From: a virus
Taxonomy: Duplodnaviria; Caudoviricetes
IMG/VR virus record: IMGVR_UViG_3300010365_001171
Coordinates: 21,118-85,117 of that record
DNA length: 64,000 nucleotides
Reading direction: 5' to 3' (one strand)
The notes beneath the pieces are model-generated. The model did no database searches. It was not told the DNA's origin and saw only the letters and a list, made by a program, of their open reading frames with translations. Shown here one piece after another: positions 48,007-58,502 of the stretch. Positions within the stretch are counted from its first letter, which is position 1, and every line of letters starts with the position of its first letter. The position numbers were made by a program, and so were the translations under genes.

Positions 48007-48636
48007 CTATTTAGGTTGTTTTGGGTTAAGCGTTGCTTTAGCCCATTGTTGCATGTAAATTTGCATTAATTTAGGATCAGTTTCTGCCAAAGCTCTAAGT
48101 TCCGCAAGTTGTTCGGCCTGTGTTTTAGTAGGACTTTTACTAGCAGCTGCAATAGCATCTTCCATATTTGTACTTTTAACTTTACGTGTACGGCCCTCTG
48201 CATCTAACTGCATATTATCACCATACATACTATTAATAAGATTACGCTGTAATTTGTTATTATAGTTTTGGGCAAGTGTACCATTAAGCCCTCTAAGAGC
48301 CCCCATACGCTCCTCATATATATTTTGCCTAACTGCATCCATCTCGCTATTATACTGTCTAGCATTACCCATTAAATCAGCCCCACGATTAAGTATAAGA
48401 TTTTGTAAGACCTCATTTTTACGATCTTGTCTTTGTACATTACCATTATACTCTTGACCAGAAATTTGATTTAAAGCATTAGCAGAATTAGCAGCTACCT
48501 GTGTATTATTTATAGCAGCTTGTGCAGAAGTAGTAGATAAAGCATTATTAGCGTTTGTAGCAGTTGAGGCAGCTTGTCTAACACCTTCTCTTTGAGCCTC
48601 TAAATCTAGTGGGGACTCATTTTGCACCAACCCCAT
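48007..48636 (-). CDS. Ala/Gln/Asn-rich virion protein (209 aa), possibly the 3' part of the upstream gene
   Basis: In the same frame as 48673..50052, separated by 36 nt containing one further stop. Confidence 0.55.
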   Translation of the reverse strand: MGLVQNESPLDLEAQREGVRQAASTATNANNALSTTSAQAAINNTQVAANSANALNQISGQEYNGNVQRQDRKNEVLQNLILNRGADLMGNARQYNSEMDAVRQNIYEERMGALRGLNGTLAQNYNNKLQRNLINSMYGDNMQLDAEGRTRKVKSTNMEDAIAAASKSPTKTQAEQLAELRALAETDPKLMQIYMQQWAKATLNPKQPK

Positions 48637-48672
48637 AGCTTGTGGAATACCAAAATTTCATAACGCTTTGGA

Positions 48673-50052
48673 TTAAATATTTGGAGGAGTTAAAGCAGAA
48701 GCAGCCATTAAAGCATTTAAATTCTCCATCATATTGTACCCAGTATCATTAACCTGCCCTGTCTCATATTCAGTAGCAGCTTTAGAGGCAGTTCTAGGTA
48801 TCATATCAGGCTGAATAGTAGGCATGGCCGGTGTTTCTACAGGACTAGAAAAAGAGGCTGGATTAGAGGGCATTTCTACTGGTGCTCTTCCTGTCTGTAC
48901 TTCACCTTCTGTAAAATCTATGTATGATATACCTGCATTAACAGCTCCACTAGCATTATATTCCTTAATAATATCTTCTTTTGTTTTACCATAATCAGAC
49001 ATTAATTGATCTTCACTCATTTTTCCATCTACAAGATCTTGGAAAGAAACTCTTCCAGCTTTTTTACCTTTCATATTTAAACCCCATGTAGGAGTAGAAG
49101 CTGAGTACTTCCCCCATCTACTATCCATACCATAAGGACCAGTAGTGTTATCATCAAAGTAATTTTTTCCAGTTTTAGCGAAAAACGCTGGATTATAAGT
49201 TCTTTGAAAAGTTCCCGGGTCTTCGGGGGAATATAATGAATTGCCTGTGTAACTTCTGGCAGCATTTAATTTGTTTAATTGGATTCTTTTAGTATCTTCT
49301 GTTACACCTCCAAAATTACCATCTTTTGTTTTACTTTGTGTTTTAAGGGGTAAATATGGATTAACTCCATCAATATTTAAAGTTCCATTATTTAATTCAT
49401 CAATAAAGTCCCTTCCCTGATATTGATAAAAACCCTTATCAAAAATAGAAAGTGATTGAGGTATATTATCAACTTTTATTTTTCTTTTAGTAGTTGGCTC
49501 ACCTCCAAAAGCAAATTTTCCACTATTTTCTCCCGGTTGATTTTGAACCTCTCCTGTTTTATTTTCTAGTCCACCCAGATAAATTTGGGCCAAATCTGGT
49601 ACCCCATTTGGTAATCCTTTAATAGTTTCTTGTATTAACGAAAGAGCAGATAATTTATTAAGAATATTACCAGTCATCATTTCAGCTGTTTTAGCATCAA
49701 TCTTATATGGAGTGCCTAATTTATCTAAATGGTTATTAAAGTTTTTAAGAGGCCCACTAGAGCTAATATCTGCCATAGAATAAGTTTTATTTTCACTTAA
49801 CCAAGGAAACATACTCTTAACCTCTTTGCCTTTAACATTAACCTTATCTGAAAATACAAAATCCCCCTTCTCTAATGTAGTAGGAACTCCACCAGCTTTA
49901 TGAGATTTAGCATTTTTACCCTGAACTGTAAATAATCCAGTTTTATTAAAAATAACCTCATTTTTTTCAATTTCAGCATTTCCAGCCTCATCTGGATTTA
50001 TTTCTAAATTTTTCTTAGCATTACTAGCTAAAGAATCTAATTTATCTAACAT
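48673..50052 (-). CDS. Virion internal protein (459 aa)
   Basis: AEIEKNEV..SHKAGGV..GDFVFSD segment of crAss-like virion type; contains KFAFGG. Confidence 0.65.
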   Translation of the reverse strand: MLDKLDSLASNAKKNLEINPDEAGNAEIEKNEVIFNKTGLFTVQGKNAKSHKAGGVPTTLEKGDFVFSDKVNVKGKEVKSMFPWLSENKTYSMADISSSGPLKNFNNHLDKLGTPYKIDAKTAEMMTGNILNKLSALSLIQETIKGLPNGVPDLAQIYLGGLENKTGEVQNQPGENSGKFAFGGEPTTKRKIKVDNIPQSLSIFDKGFYQYQGRDFIDELNNGTLNIDGVNPYLPLKTQSKTKDGNFGGVTEDTKRIQLNKLNAARSYTGNSLYSPEDPGTFQRTYNPAFFAKTGKNYFDDNTTGPYGMDSRWGKYSASTPTWGLNMKGKKAGRVSFQDLVDGKMSEDQLMSDYGKTKEDIIKEYNASGAVNAGISYIDFTEGEVQTGRAPVEMPSNPASFSSPVETPAMPTIQPDMIPRTASKAATEYETGQVNDTGYNMMENLNALMAASALTPPNI

Positions 50053-51327
50053 TTATCTATATTTTAATATATTATTAATATAAGCATTATCCATTACACT
50101 ACCACCAAACTCTAAATATTTAGGGTTAACTTTAGCTTTACTTAAAGAATCTAATTTAGCTTCACCGCCCTCTTCATATTTATGAACGCTATTAGCAAAA
50201 TCTAATCTTCTTTGAATACTTGATGCTTTTTCATGTTCAGCGGGACGCTCGAATTTATTCATAATTGCGTAAACAGACCCAGTTAAATCTTGTCCTTTTA
50301 GCGCTTTTTTAGCGCCTTTTTCATTCGTATTTAATTCGTGAGCTATAAAATCTAATTGTAAATAAGGATCAGCTGCATCTTTACCTTGAGTTTTTGCATA
50401 ATTAAATAAATTGGTTTTTCTTTTGCCTAACCACTGCGCTAAACCAAAAGCTCCAATACCATTAGTAACACCAGAATTTAAATAGCTTTCAGCAAAAAGA
50501 TTACCCAAAATACCAGAAGACTCTTCTTTAGTAAGTCCATGATTAGATACTAAATAGTCCCTATAATTAGCTGCTGTTTTTACAAGATTTTTATTACTTA
50601 CTGCATAATTATTTGCGTTATTTGGTGAAAAACCATCATAAGAAGAGTTAGAAGAGTTAGAATTATCTACAGGGCTCATTTTCCCAGCTTCCCCTAAATC
50701 ACTATATTTACTATAATCAATTTCCTCTTCTTGCACAGGAGCAGCTTGTTCCTCTTCTTGCACTTGTTCAGGCGCATCATCAAGGCCATTTAAAAAGTCA
50801 ATATCTTCTTGATCTTCTTGGTCTTCCTGATTTTCATAGTCTACTTCTTCCATATCTGCAAAATCTCCTCCATCTTCCATATATACATTTGAACCGTATC
50901 TTTGGCCTTGAGTTAAAGATGTTATTCCTGGTTGAAGCATTCCGTGTTTTCTATAGTAACGGTCTTCAGACTTTTTATTAAGATTGTTAGCTATTGTACC
51001 CATACCATAATTAACAGCTGCTATAGCCATAGTAGGATCTATAGTTTTAGTCATTTGTTTACCAACAGGAGCCTGTGCAGCCTCCACAGGAGACATAGCT
51101 TGTATTTGTGGGTTATAGTCAGGAACGGCTTGATTGTTAGGATCAGTAACAAATTGAATTATATTATTAAACATAGCTTCATCACCCGTCGCATAAGGAT
51201 TCTGTATATAAGAGGGATTTAATGAACCATTCTTTACTTCATCTTGATTAAATCCACCACCAAAAGCAAATTTTTCCGGGTCTATATATAGATCCCCTGA
51301 GTTTATTAAGTCAAAAATATCAGTCAT
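50053..51327 (-). CDS. Virion protein with phage tail lysozyme (Phage_lysozyme2-like) domain
   Basis: SSGILGNLFAES, AFGLAQWLGKRK, QLDFIAHEL and KFERP motifs after an acidic linker. Confidence 0.85.
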   Translation of the reverse strand: MTDIFDLINSGDLYIDPEKFAFGGGFNQDEVKNGSLNPSYIQNPYATGDEAMFNNIIQFVTDPNNQAVPDYNPQIQAMSPVEAAQAPVGKQMTKTIDPTMAIAAVNYGMGTIANNLNKKSEDRYYRKHGMLQPGITSLTQGQRYGSNVYMEDGGDFADMEEVDYENQEDQEDQEDIDFLNGLDDAPEQVQEEEQAAPVQEEEIDYSKYSDLGEAGKMSPVDNSNSSNSSYDGFSPNNANNYAVSNKNLVKTAANYRDYLVSNHGLTKEESSGILGNLFAESYLNSGVTNGIGAFGLAQWLGKRKTNLFNYAKTQGKDAADPYLQLDFIAHELNTNEKGAKKALKGQDLTGSVYAIMNKFERPAEHEKASSIQRRLDFANSVHKYEEGGEAKLDSLSKAKVNPKYLEFGGSVMDNAYINNILKYR

Positions 51328-54300
51328 TATCGAAAAGATTTAGTTGTTTTTGTAAAAATTAATTTTAAAATCATGTGATACATAGGATCATTGCCAGTTT
51401 CTTTTATTAAGACCACTTTATGCCACAGATGTCTAAAACGTTTTCTTTCTGAGAATTTTTTATTATAATCAACCCAGTCAGAATTAATAGTTCTAGTATA
51501 ACCATTTGGATGAATATTTATAACAGGACTAATATGTTCAATAAATTCTCCTCTATTTCTTGTGATATCATCAAAATTATTTAATCTATATTTTTGTTCT
51601 TCTTTATAATATTTAACTTTAACAGTATTATTCATAGAATAACTATCTATTGTCTTATGCGGATTATCCTTATTTGCTACCGACATCAGACGTAAGCCAG
51701 AATTTTGCTCTGAATTGTAAATAAAGAATTTATTAAAATTATAGTCTAATAAATGATGAGAATCTTTATCGTTATTTAAATATCTATAACACTCTAAATA
51801 ATACTCTATACTAGATAGAATACTTGTAGAAGAAGTATTTAATAGGTATTCAACCTCAAATGTATGCTGGTCCCCATAAAAATTACAGTAAGTTTCAAAA
51901 GAAGTATTATGTTTCCAAATTTTATTCTTTTTAACTGTTGAAAAAGTATTTTCATTTTGAAATACCCAAGAAGGTACCCAACTATGATTAGAAATCCAAG
52001 TTTGATCTTTTACATTATAAGAAATAGTAAAAGAGCAATCAGTAAAATATTCTGATTCTAAGTCTATTATAATACGACTTGAAGTATTAGCATCTACTCT
52101 ATCTATAATTGTACAATCTTGTCCTATAACAACTCCACTACATTTTCCGGGATAAGGAGGCCTTTCGCTGCCCTCTGGTGCGAAACAAAGCTGTGTAACA
52201 GGATCATAAGTATCTCCAAGTGAACACATAGGATCTAAAATAATAACTTTTTCACAGACACCTAAAGAAGAATTATAATCATATCCTTCAGGACATTGCA
52301 CATCTCCTCCGTCTATATAAAAATTTTGACCATCAAATTGTACAATACCTTCATATTCAGGTTTAAGTTCAAAATCTCTTTTATGCAAATAGTATACGCT
52401 GTCTTTATTGTCAAAAGAAGAGAATAAACCAACACCTTTAACTGGATTATCTTTTAGAGGGTACTCCGGAAACTGCTCCAATAATCTAGAAGGTAAGAAT
52501 TTTTTAAACCACCACTCTTTATTTAAAGTTATATCACTTAAACCGTCTGCATATAAAAATATTCTCCCCTGTCTTTGAGAAGGGTAAAATAAACCATACT
52601 GAGTTTGATTAAAAGCGTGTTTAGATTGACAATTACCAAAAGCATAATCTGTCACAGATAAAGGAGAGGGCTCTCTAGAAAATAAGCCACCGTCTCCAAT
52701 AGTTATCTTTAAATTACTATCAGTTTGTAATGTATCAATAGTTTGATGTATAAAAGGTGCAGAGTTGTCAAAGAAAAACATTAACCCTTTTCTATCTAAA
52801 TATTTAACCCCTGTTATCTTACCATTTTCTTTTGGAAACCTATACTTATTATTATTTAAATAAACTAACCAATTATCCTTTAAAGCTTCTTTATTTGCTG
52901 GTAAGGAGTATATAACTTGATTAGGGTAATAAGTATAGCAAGACTCTGCTTTAATCGGATTATACGCAGCTATTTGACTTGCTCCTATAATCTCTGTTAA
53001 TTCTTTAGTATAAGATTTATCAAATTTATAATAATTATCAAAGTCTTGTATGTCAGACCTAAATAAAGAAGGTAAATCTGTATAGCTAGTTTCATTATAA
53101 TGTTTAAACTGAATTTCTTCGTCCCAATCTCTAAGATCTAAATTAAAATCAGATTCACAATAAAAATTTATAACTCCATTATTACTTAAATAAAATTTAC
53201 CATCTTCCACATAAAAAACAGTAGTTTTGTCTTTCTGTTTTGGACTAAACTTATAAGGTTTTTCACAAGAAAAGAATCTATTTTTATGAGGTAAATCCCA
53301 TCCATTTAACTTATTCCAAAGATTGGCTGCCTTTGAAGTTTTATTTTCAGCATTATTAGTAGTTCCCTCCATATCAGTAGTATCAGCAGCGCCCGCCTCT
53401 CCATTAGCAGAATTACTTCCTTGAGGATCGTTATCTCCATCAGAGCCAGAAAAGTCACTTGAACTAGAGGCTAAGCCTCCGCCATTATACCAATCCATAG
53501 GATCAAACTTTCTAGAATCTAGCCAGTGTGTAGGATAACTTACATTAAAATAATTTCTATAATCAAATTCCCACCCATCTTTTTCATCAAAACCAGTTTG
53601 GTTATAATAATGCATTTTACGTTTAACTGTAAATTTATTTATATAACAATCTCCCCCAAACACAGGACCAGAAGAATATGTATTAGCATTAGTTAAATCA
53701 ACTTCTAAATGGCCAGTACTTAAATACTGTGTATTATATAATTGACCATATTGTCCAGGCTTATCTACCTTTAAAGTAGCATAATAAGAAGACGCAGTAG
53801 CAGTATGTTTTAATTTATCACACGCATCATAGTCTTCAGGAATACCTCTACTATTATCAATTGTAGTAGGAACTTTAATAGCTGAAGTAGTTTTAATAAT
53901 TAAAGCACTTTCTCTCTTATAATTATTTATAGGTAAACTACCAACTTGTTGTGCTACAGGAAGTAAATAATTTAATATCTCAATTCCTCTACGAACATCT
54001 CCATCTGGTTGGTTTAAGAACTTACTGTATGTAGCAACACCATTATACTGATAAGCATATTGAATTGCTGGAATAGCTGCATAAATTAAATCTAATGCTT
54101 TAGTAGCCCCCTCATTAAAAAGTATTGGAAAAGCAAAAGTTCCAGTTAATACATTATAACCCCCAGTAAAAGAGTTATACGCACCACCATCAGTTTTATG
54201 AGAATAGTTAGTACCAGGAATCCATTTAGCGGCCCTTCTTGCACTGTCTGCAAAAACAACACCTGCTGGAATAAGCCAAGGCTCTAATAAAGCTCCACCA

Positions 54301-56438
54301 AGTACAGCAGCTACGATAGCAGTATTTGCTAACGCCTGTATACCTACACCTATGTAATACATAATAAGAGATACTGTACCATAACCAGTACCTGAACCAA
54401 ATACAGATGCAACATCTCCGCCTAAAGGGGCTGGCGTAGCAGTATACTGAACAGTTCTTTTACCAACTATACCGACTACAGCCTCCGCCATACCTACTAT
54501 ACCTGCTAATAAAAAACCAAAATCTCTTATAATTTTTTGTTTTGGGTGTTTATAGACTTCATTCCACTCACCATAAGTTTGTCCAATTTCTTCAGTTTCA
54601 ATTTTAAGTTCAGTGGCTGTTAATTTTGGCTTTCCTATATGAGCTAAAGGTGAATGAAAACTATAATAATTAGTTTTACTAATTCTATGTAAATCTGTGT
54701 AGGTGTCTTTAAAAGGAAACTCTCTATGAGATAAATATGGGTCTGCCCTTAAATCATTAAATGGATAATTTTGATATAAAGTTTCTTTTTCAGTAGAAGG
54801 ATCTATATAAGAACGCATGTTAAACAACATACCCCTAGCAATAACGGATCTATTACCTTTTCTAGTCTCTCTAAGTATTCTATATCCTACTATATCTTTT
54901 TCTTTTACACCATCAAAATTTAGGGGATGCTCAATATTAGTAAAATCAACTCCCATAATAATCATAGACTTATCATCAATATTATTACTATGTATATGAG
55001 CTATTTTAGAACTAGGAAATTTATGATGTCTAATTTTTTTACAGGCAAGTGTACCCCAAACATCTGGTTTATTAGGATATTCTTCTACACTTTCATGATA
55101 GGACATCTCACCCGTACCTGCTACATATTCGGAACACTCGTCTTCATTGGTTAAAGTAAATCCACCTGATGCACTTCCATAACCTTTCCACTTAGGAACA
55201 GCTTCTTTAGATCTACAAATATTAGATTGAGTTTCAAAAGAATCTTTTCCAGTTATAATTGTTAAATCTGTTGATTTAGAAGAACGGCCGGGGATATGAT
55301 AGGCAGGCCCCCATTTACCATTTTTATAAAGCCATTGAATAGCAAATGAATAAACCTCATCTCTATAATACCCTACTTTATTTCCCCCATTTTTATAATA
55401 ATTCTTAGGTACTCTATATGCAACCCAATTAGATTGTATCTTATTAGCCTGACTTTGATAGTTTAATTCAGGCCTTGTTTTTACTCCATACCATAATGCA
55501 TAATCACCTGCTACAGAAAATCCATCAGCACCGTACCAAGAAGGTGTAGTAGCCAGAACCTCATTTGCAGATATAGTCTCTCCAGTATTTTCATAAATAC
55601 TTACAAATTTTGTACTTATAGAATAAGTACCAATAATTTTATAAGTTGTTTGTTGATTTACTGTAGCAATAAGAATTAATTGAAACTCATCAAAATTCTC
55701 ATCTAAATTACTTAAAGTAACTTCAAGTTCTCCTGTAGAATTATTATGAGAAAATATAGATTGAGGAGAAGTTATATTTAAAACATCGGTTAGTCTTTGT
55801 AAATTATCAGAATAAATTATTCCTACCTGATAAGAACCATTTTCAAGTTGTCCGGAATTACCTAATTGAATAGACATCTCAGGAACTTTTATATTTCTTT
55901 CAGCTAGTAAACTATTACAATCTAGCTCAGTTTCGTTATATCTTTTAATTTGACAATCTCCTGACTTTATCCATTCAAATGTATAGGGAATTTCGTCTAG
56001 TTTAAGATACCTTCTTGGATTTCTATTACCATCAGCCCAGTATATAACCTCTGAACAATCAGCAGACTCTCTTGAGCCTCCTACAATGAGATTGTCTGTA
56101 GAGAAATTTAAACATCCTCCACGTACAATTACATCGTAAGTACAGCCAGCTTCATTATAAATACCTATTTCATTAACAGTGTTATCTGTAAAAAAGACGG
56201 CGTGTCTACGTTCTGATAATTCTATACTTCCTATAAGTGTAAGATTATTATTAAAATCTACACATTCAATATTAGAAGGCTCATTAGAAATAGTGTATTT
56301 ATTTCCATTATGAGTATTTAACTTAGCATTTAAAGCATAAGTATATTGACCTTCTTTATTTAAAAACTGTGGGTCAATATCAGTATTAATACCAGAGAAA
56401 AATAAATTAGTTTTTACTTCCCTATTATTTTGTTCCAT
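51327..56438 (-). CDS. Tail stabilisation / muzzle-like protein (1703 aa)
   Basis: GINTDIDP..YALNA N-terminus, GYYRDEVYSFAI, FGGDCYI, GNCQSK and W..NHSW.P motifs; lies directly after two ring-protein-like genes. Confidence 0.75.
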   Translation of the reverse strand: MEQNNREVKTNLFFSGINTDIDPQFLNKEGQYTYALNAKLNTHNGNKYTISNEPSNIECVDFNNNLTLIGSIELSERRHAVFFTDNTVNEIGIYNEAGCTYDVIVRGGCLNFSTDNLIVGGSRESADCSEVIYWADGNRNPRRYLKLDEIPYTFEWIKSGDCQIKRYNETELDCNSLLAERNIKVPEMSIQLGNSGQLENGSYQVGIIYSDNLQRLTDVLNITSPQSIFSHNNSTGELEVTLSNLDENFDEFQLILIATVNQQTTYKIIGTYSISTKFVSIYENTGETISANEVLATTPSWYGADGFSVAGDYALWYGVKTRPELNYQSQANKIQSNWVAYRVPKNYYKNGGNKVGYYRDEVYSFAIQWLYKNGKWGPAYHIPGRSSKSTDLTIITGKDSFETQSNICRSKEAVPKWKGYGSASGGFTLTNEDECSEYVAGTGEMSYHESVEEYPNKPDVWGTLACKKIRHHKFPSSKIAHIHSNNIDDKSMIIMGVDFTNIEHPLNFDGVKEKDIVGYRILRETRKGNRSVIARGMLFNMRSYIDPSTEKETLYQNYPFNDLRADPYLSHREFPFKDTYTDLHRISKTNYYSFHSPLAHIGKPKLTATELKIETEEIGQTYGEWNEVYKHPKQKIIRDFGFLLAGIVGMAEAVVGIVGKRTVQYTATPAPLGGDVASVFGSGTGYGTVSLIMYYIGVGIQALANTAIVAAVLGGALLEPWLIPAGVVFADSARRAAKWIPGTNYSHKTDGGAYNSFTGGYNVLTGTFAFPILFNEGATKALDLIYAAIPAIQYAYQYNGVATYSKFLNQPDGDVRRGIEILNYLLPVAQQVGSLPINNYKRESALIIKTTSAIKVPTTIDNSRGIPEDYDACDKLKHTATASSYYATLKVDKPGQYGQLYNTQYLSTGHLEVDLTNANTYSSGPVFGGDCYINKFTVKRKMHYYNQTGFDEKDGWEFDYRNYFNVSYPTHWLDSRKFDPMDWYNGGGLASSSSDFSGSDGDNDPQGSNSANGEAGAADTTDMEGTTNNAENKTSKAANLWNKLNGWDLPHKNRFFSCEKPYKFSPKQKDKTTVFYVEDGKFYLSNNGVINFYCESDFNLDLRDWDEEIQFKHYNETSYTDLPSLFRSDIQDFDNYYKFDKSYTKELTEIIGASQIAAYNPIKAESCYTYYPNQVIYSLPANKEALKDNWLVYLNNNKYRFPKENGKITGVKYLDRKGLMFFFDNSAPFIHQTIDTLQTDSNLKITIGDGGLFSREPSPLSVTDYAFGNCQSKHAFNQTQYGLFYPSQRQGRIFLYADGLSDITLNKEWWFKKFLPSRLLEQFPEYPLKDNPVKGVGLFSSFDNKDSVYYLHKRDFELKPEYEGIVQFDGQNFYIDGGDVQCPEGYDYNSSLGVCEKVIILDPMCSLGDTYDPVTQLCFAPEGSERPPYPGKCSGVVIGQDCTIIDRVDANTSSRIIIDLESEYFTDCSFTISYNVKDQTWISNHSWVPSWVFQNENTFSTVKKNKIWKHNTSFETYCNFYGDQHTFEVEYLLNTSSTSILSSIEYYLECYRYLNNDKDSHHLLDYNFNKFFIYNSEQNSGLRLMSVANKDNPHKTIDSYSMNNTVKVKYYKEEQKYRLNNFDDITRNRGEFIEHISPVINIHPNGYTRTINSDWVDYNKKFSERKRFRHLWHKVVLIKETGNDPMYHMILKLIFTKTTKSFR

Positions 56439-56440
56439 TC

Positions 56441-57268
56441 TTAGCTATTTTGTATAGGGTTAAAGTATTTATTAACTGCTCTTCGTCTGTTGTATTGAAC
56501 AGCAGCTGCAATTTCAGAAATCTCTGGTGTATTAACAATACTATTAGCAATACGTCTAGCATCCCTTAATTCTTGTTTAACAAGTTGTAATCTATTAATA
56601 ACTGAGTCATCTCCATTAAGATAAAGGCTTTCAAAAATTTTAGCTTTTAACGCGTATTCATAATAAGAGTTTATAATATCATGATCTAACACTAATAAAT
56701 TACCATCTTCATCTTCCATAGATCCAATGTAATTAAGCATTACTTTACCAGTATTAAAACTAGAAACAACATATCCTGATTTAAACATTAAATCATAAGG
56801 AGTTTTATGTCTGCTAAATTCCCCATTATTTAGATTTACAGGAATAACTTTATTAATATTATACTCTTGAACTTCTCCGTGTTTCACAACTTTATAAGGA
56901 ACGCAACAAGTGTACTCAACAGCGCAATCTTCTTTAAAAGCTTGCATGTTTTCAGCCCACTCACAGTCATGAATTTCAACGTTTTCACTAGCTAAAGACT
57001 CTGCATAAGCTTTATGTGTATATGAAGAACAAATATAAGCAAAATTTGCCTTATAGAAATTAGAAGGTAAGGAGGCTTTATTTTCCTTTATTTCTAACAT
57101 TACTTCATACTCTTTATTTAACTTAAATCCAAGTTCTTTATTTATTCTTAAAACCTCTTTAATCATTGCTCCTACATTAAATGCAGAGTCTAAATCATAG
57201 CCGCTTAAATCATCCATAGCAGAAGCCAATAAACTATCAAAAGTTCTATACTTTAAATTATATCCCAT
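56441..57268 (-). CDS. Tail ring / tubular protein-like
   Basis: 275 aa; VMLNYIG..DEDGNLLV.DH..YYEYALK pattern and position upstream of the stabilisation protein. Confidence 0.6.
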   Translation of the reverse strand: MGYNLKYRTFDSLLASAMDDLSGYDLDSAFNVGAMIKEVLRINKELGFKLNKEYEVMLEIKENKASLPSNFYKANFAYICSSYTHKAYAESLASENVEIHDCEWAENMQAFKEDCAVEYTCCVPYKVVKHGEVQEYNINKVIPVNLNNGEFSRHKTPYDLMFKSGYVVSSFNTGKVMLNYIGSMEDEDGNLLVLDHDIINSYYEYALKAKIFESLYLNGDDSVINRLQLVKQELRDARRIANSIVNTPEISEIAAAVQYNRRRAVNKYFNPIQNS

Positions 57269-57924
57269 TATTTAGTGTTTTCGTTTTTATCAACTTTTTC
57301 TTGACTAGGCAATTGAACTACAGGATTTAAATCCTTCATTACATTACTAACTAACTCTCCTATAAGATAGTCAGGACAATTAAATCTTTTACTTTGCATA
57401 GGAGCGCATGTTTCAACAAGATTACAAGGATCCACAGGATCTTCGTTTGCGGCTAACATAAATAAAAAATCCCATTCTATATTAGGGGAATAAATATAAT
57501 CATTATAAATCCAATAATATTTATTAGTATCATATTTATAAACAGTTGATTTCTTTTTATTTAACCAATTGCCTACAGTAGTAGGATAGACTTTAACTAC
57601 TTTATCTAAGGAGCTTACAAACCCAATTAAAGGGCCAGAATCATCACTCATTATTTCTGGTAGTTTATCTTTAGATCTTTTAACCATACAAAAAGAAGAA
57701 ATATCACAGCATTCTGCTATATCAACATCTATTAACTCAATACATGAGTTAGGAGTCATAACCTTAGCATTCGTTAAAATTTTGTTTTTCTTTGCCTCTC
57801 TTTTAATAAGCCAAGATCTGTGTTTTTTACACAAAGCAAAAACTTCCCTATCAGTCAAATCATTGTCTGCGCTAGTAAGTCTGAAAACACCTCTGATTTG
57901 ATTTATTAATTCTCCTATTAACAT
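57268..57924 (-). CDS. Tail ring protein-like
   Basis: 218 aa; CIELIDVDIAECC, RSKDKLPEI, YWIYNDYIY and CPDYL patterns of crAss-like ring proteins. Confidence 0.6.
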   Translation of the reverse strand: MLIGELINQIRGVFRLTSADNDLTDREVFALCKKHRSWLIKREAKKNKILTNAKVMTPNSCIELIDVDIAECCDISSFCMVKRSKDKLPEIMSDDSGPLIGFVSSLDKVVKVYPTTVGNWLNKKKSTVYKYDTNKYYWIYNDYIYSPNIEWDFLFMLAANEDPVDPCNLVETCAPMQSKRFNCPDYLIGELVSNVMKDLNPVVQLPSQEKVDKNENTK

Positions 57925-58499
57925 TCTTTTTTTAATTTAGTTATAAATTTCATATTTTGGGAAAATACTTTTAAGTCCCCCACCCTTAAATAAACGTAAG
58001 GGTTTTTTTTAGTTTCTTTATTAATTATATCTCTTAAAAAATGACTTTGTTTAAATAACCAATACTCTTTAAATTTATACTTTTTAGTATTACCAGACAA
58101 AGAATTATGATAAGTTTTAGGATAAAGTTCATCTGTTTCAGGAGACTTTCTTAAAATATCTTGATTATACTTTTTAGACAACTCAAAATCATTATATTTT
58201 TTATAATTTGATTTTTTAAACATAACTATACAAAGATTCCCCAGTCCATGAGGAAATGTTATACCGTCTCTATTATTAACCATTTCTTTTATCCCATACT
58301 CAGATAATTTTTTTATTACATTAGAAAATTTTTTAAGAAGAAAACCTTTACGGGTTTCAGCCGTAAGTAATGGCAACAATTCTTTAAAGTCTGTTTTTTC
58401 TACAAGCTTTAAAACTTTTGAAACAGTGTAAGGATCAAAAGTTTTTAAATCTAAATCCCAAATATGTGTTTTAGGAATATTTTTTGGTATATTTTCCAT
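57918..58499 (-). CDS. IHF/HU-like basic DNA-binding protein
   Basis: Lys-rich 193 aa; IKEMVNNRDGITFPHGLGNLCI matches the HU/IHF-like strand-turn of crAss-like IHF proteins. Confidence 0.5.
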   Translation of the reverse strand: MENIPKNIPKTHIWDLDLKTFDPYTVSKVLKLVEKTDFKELLPLLTAETRKGFLLKKFSNVIKKLSEYGIKEMVNNRDGITFPHGLGNLCIVMFKKSNYKKYNDFELSKKYNQDILRKSPETDELYPKTYHNSLSGNTKKYKFKEYWLFKQSHFLRDIINKETKKNPYVYLRVGDLKVFSQNMKFITKLKKEC

Positions 58500-58502
58500 A
58501 CT

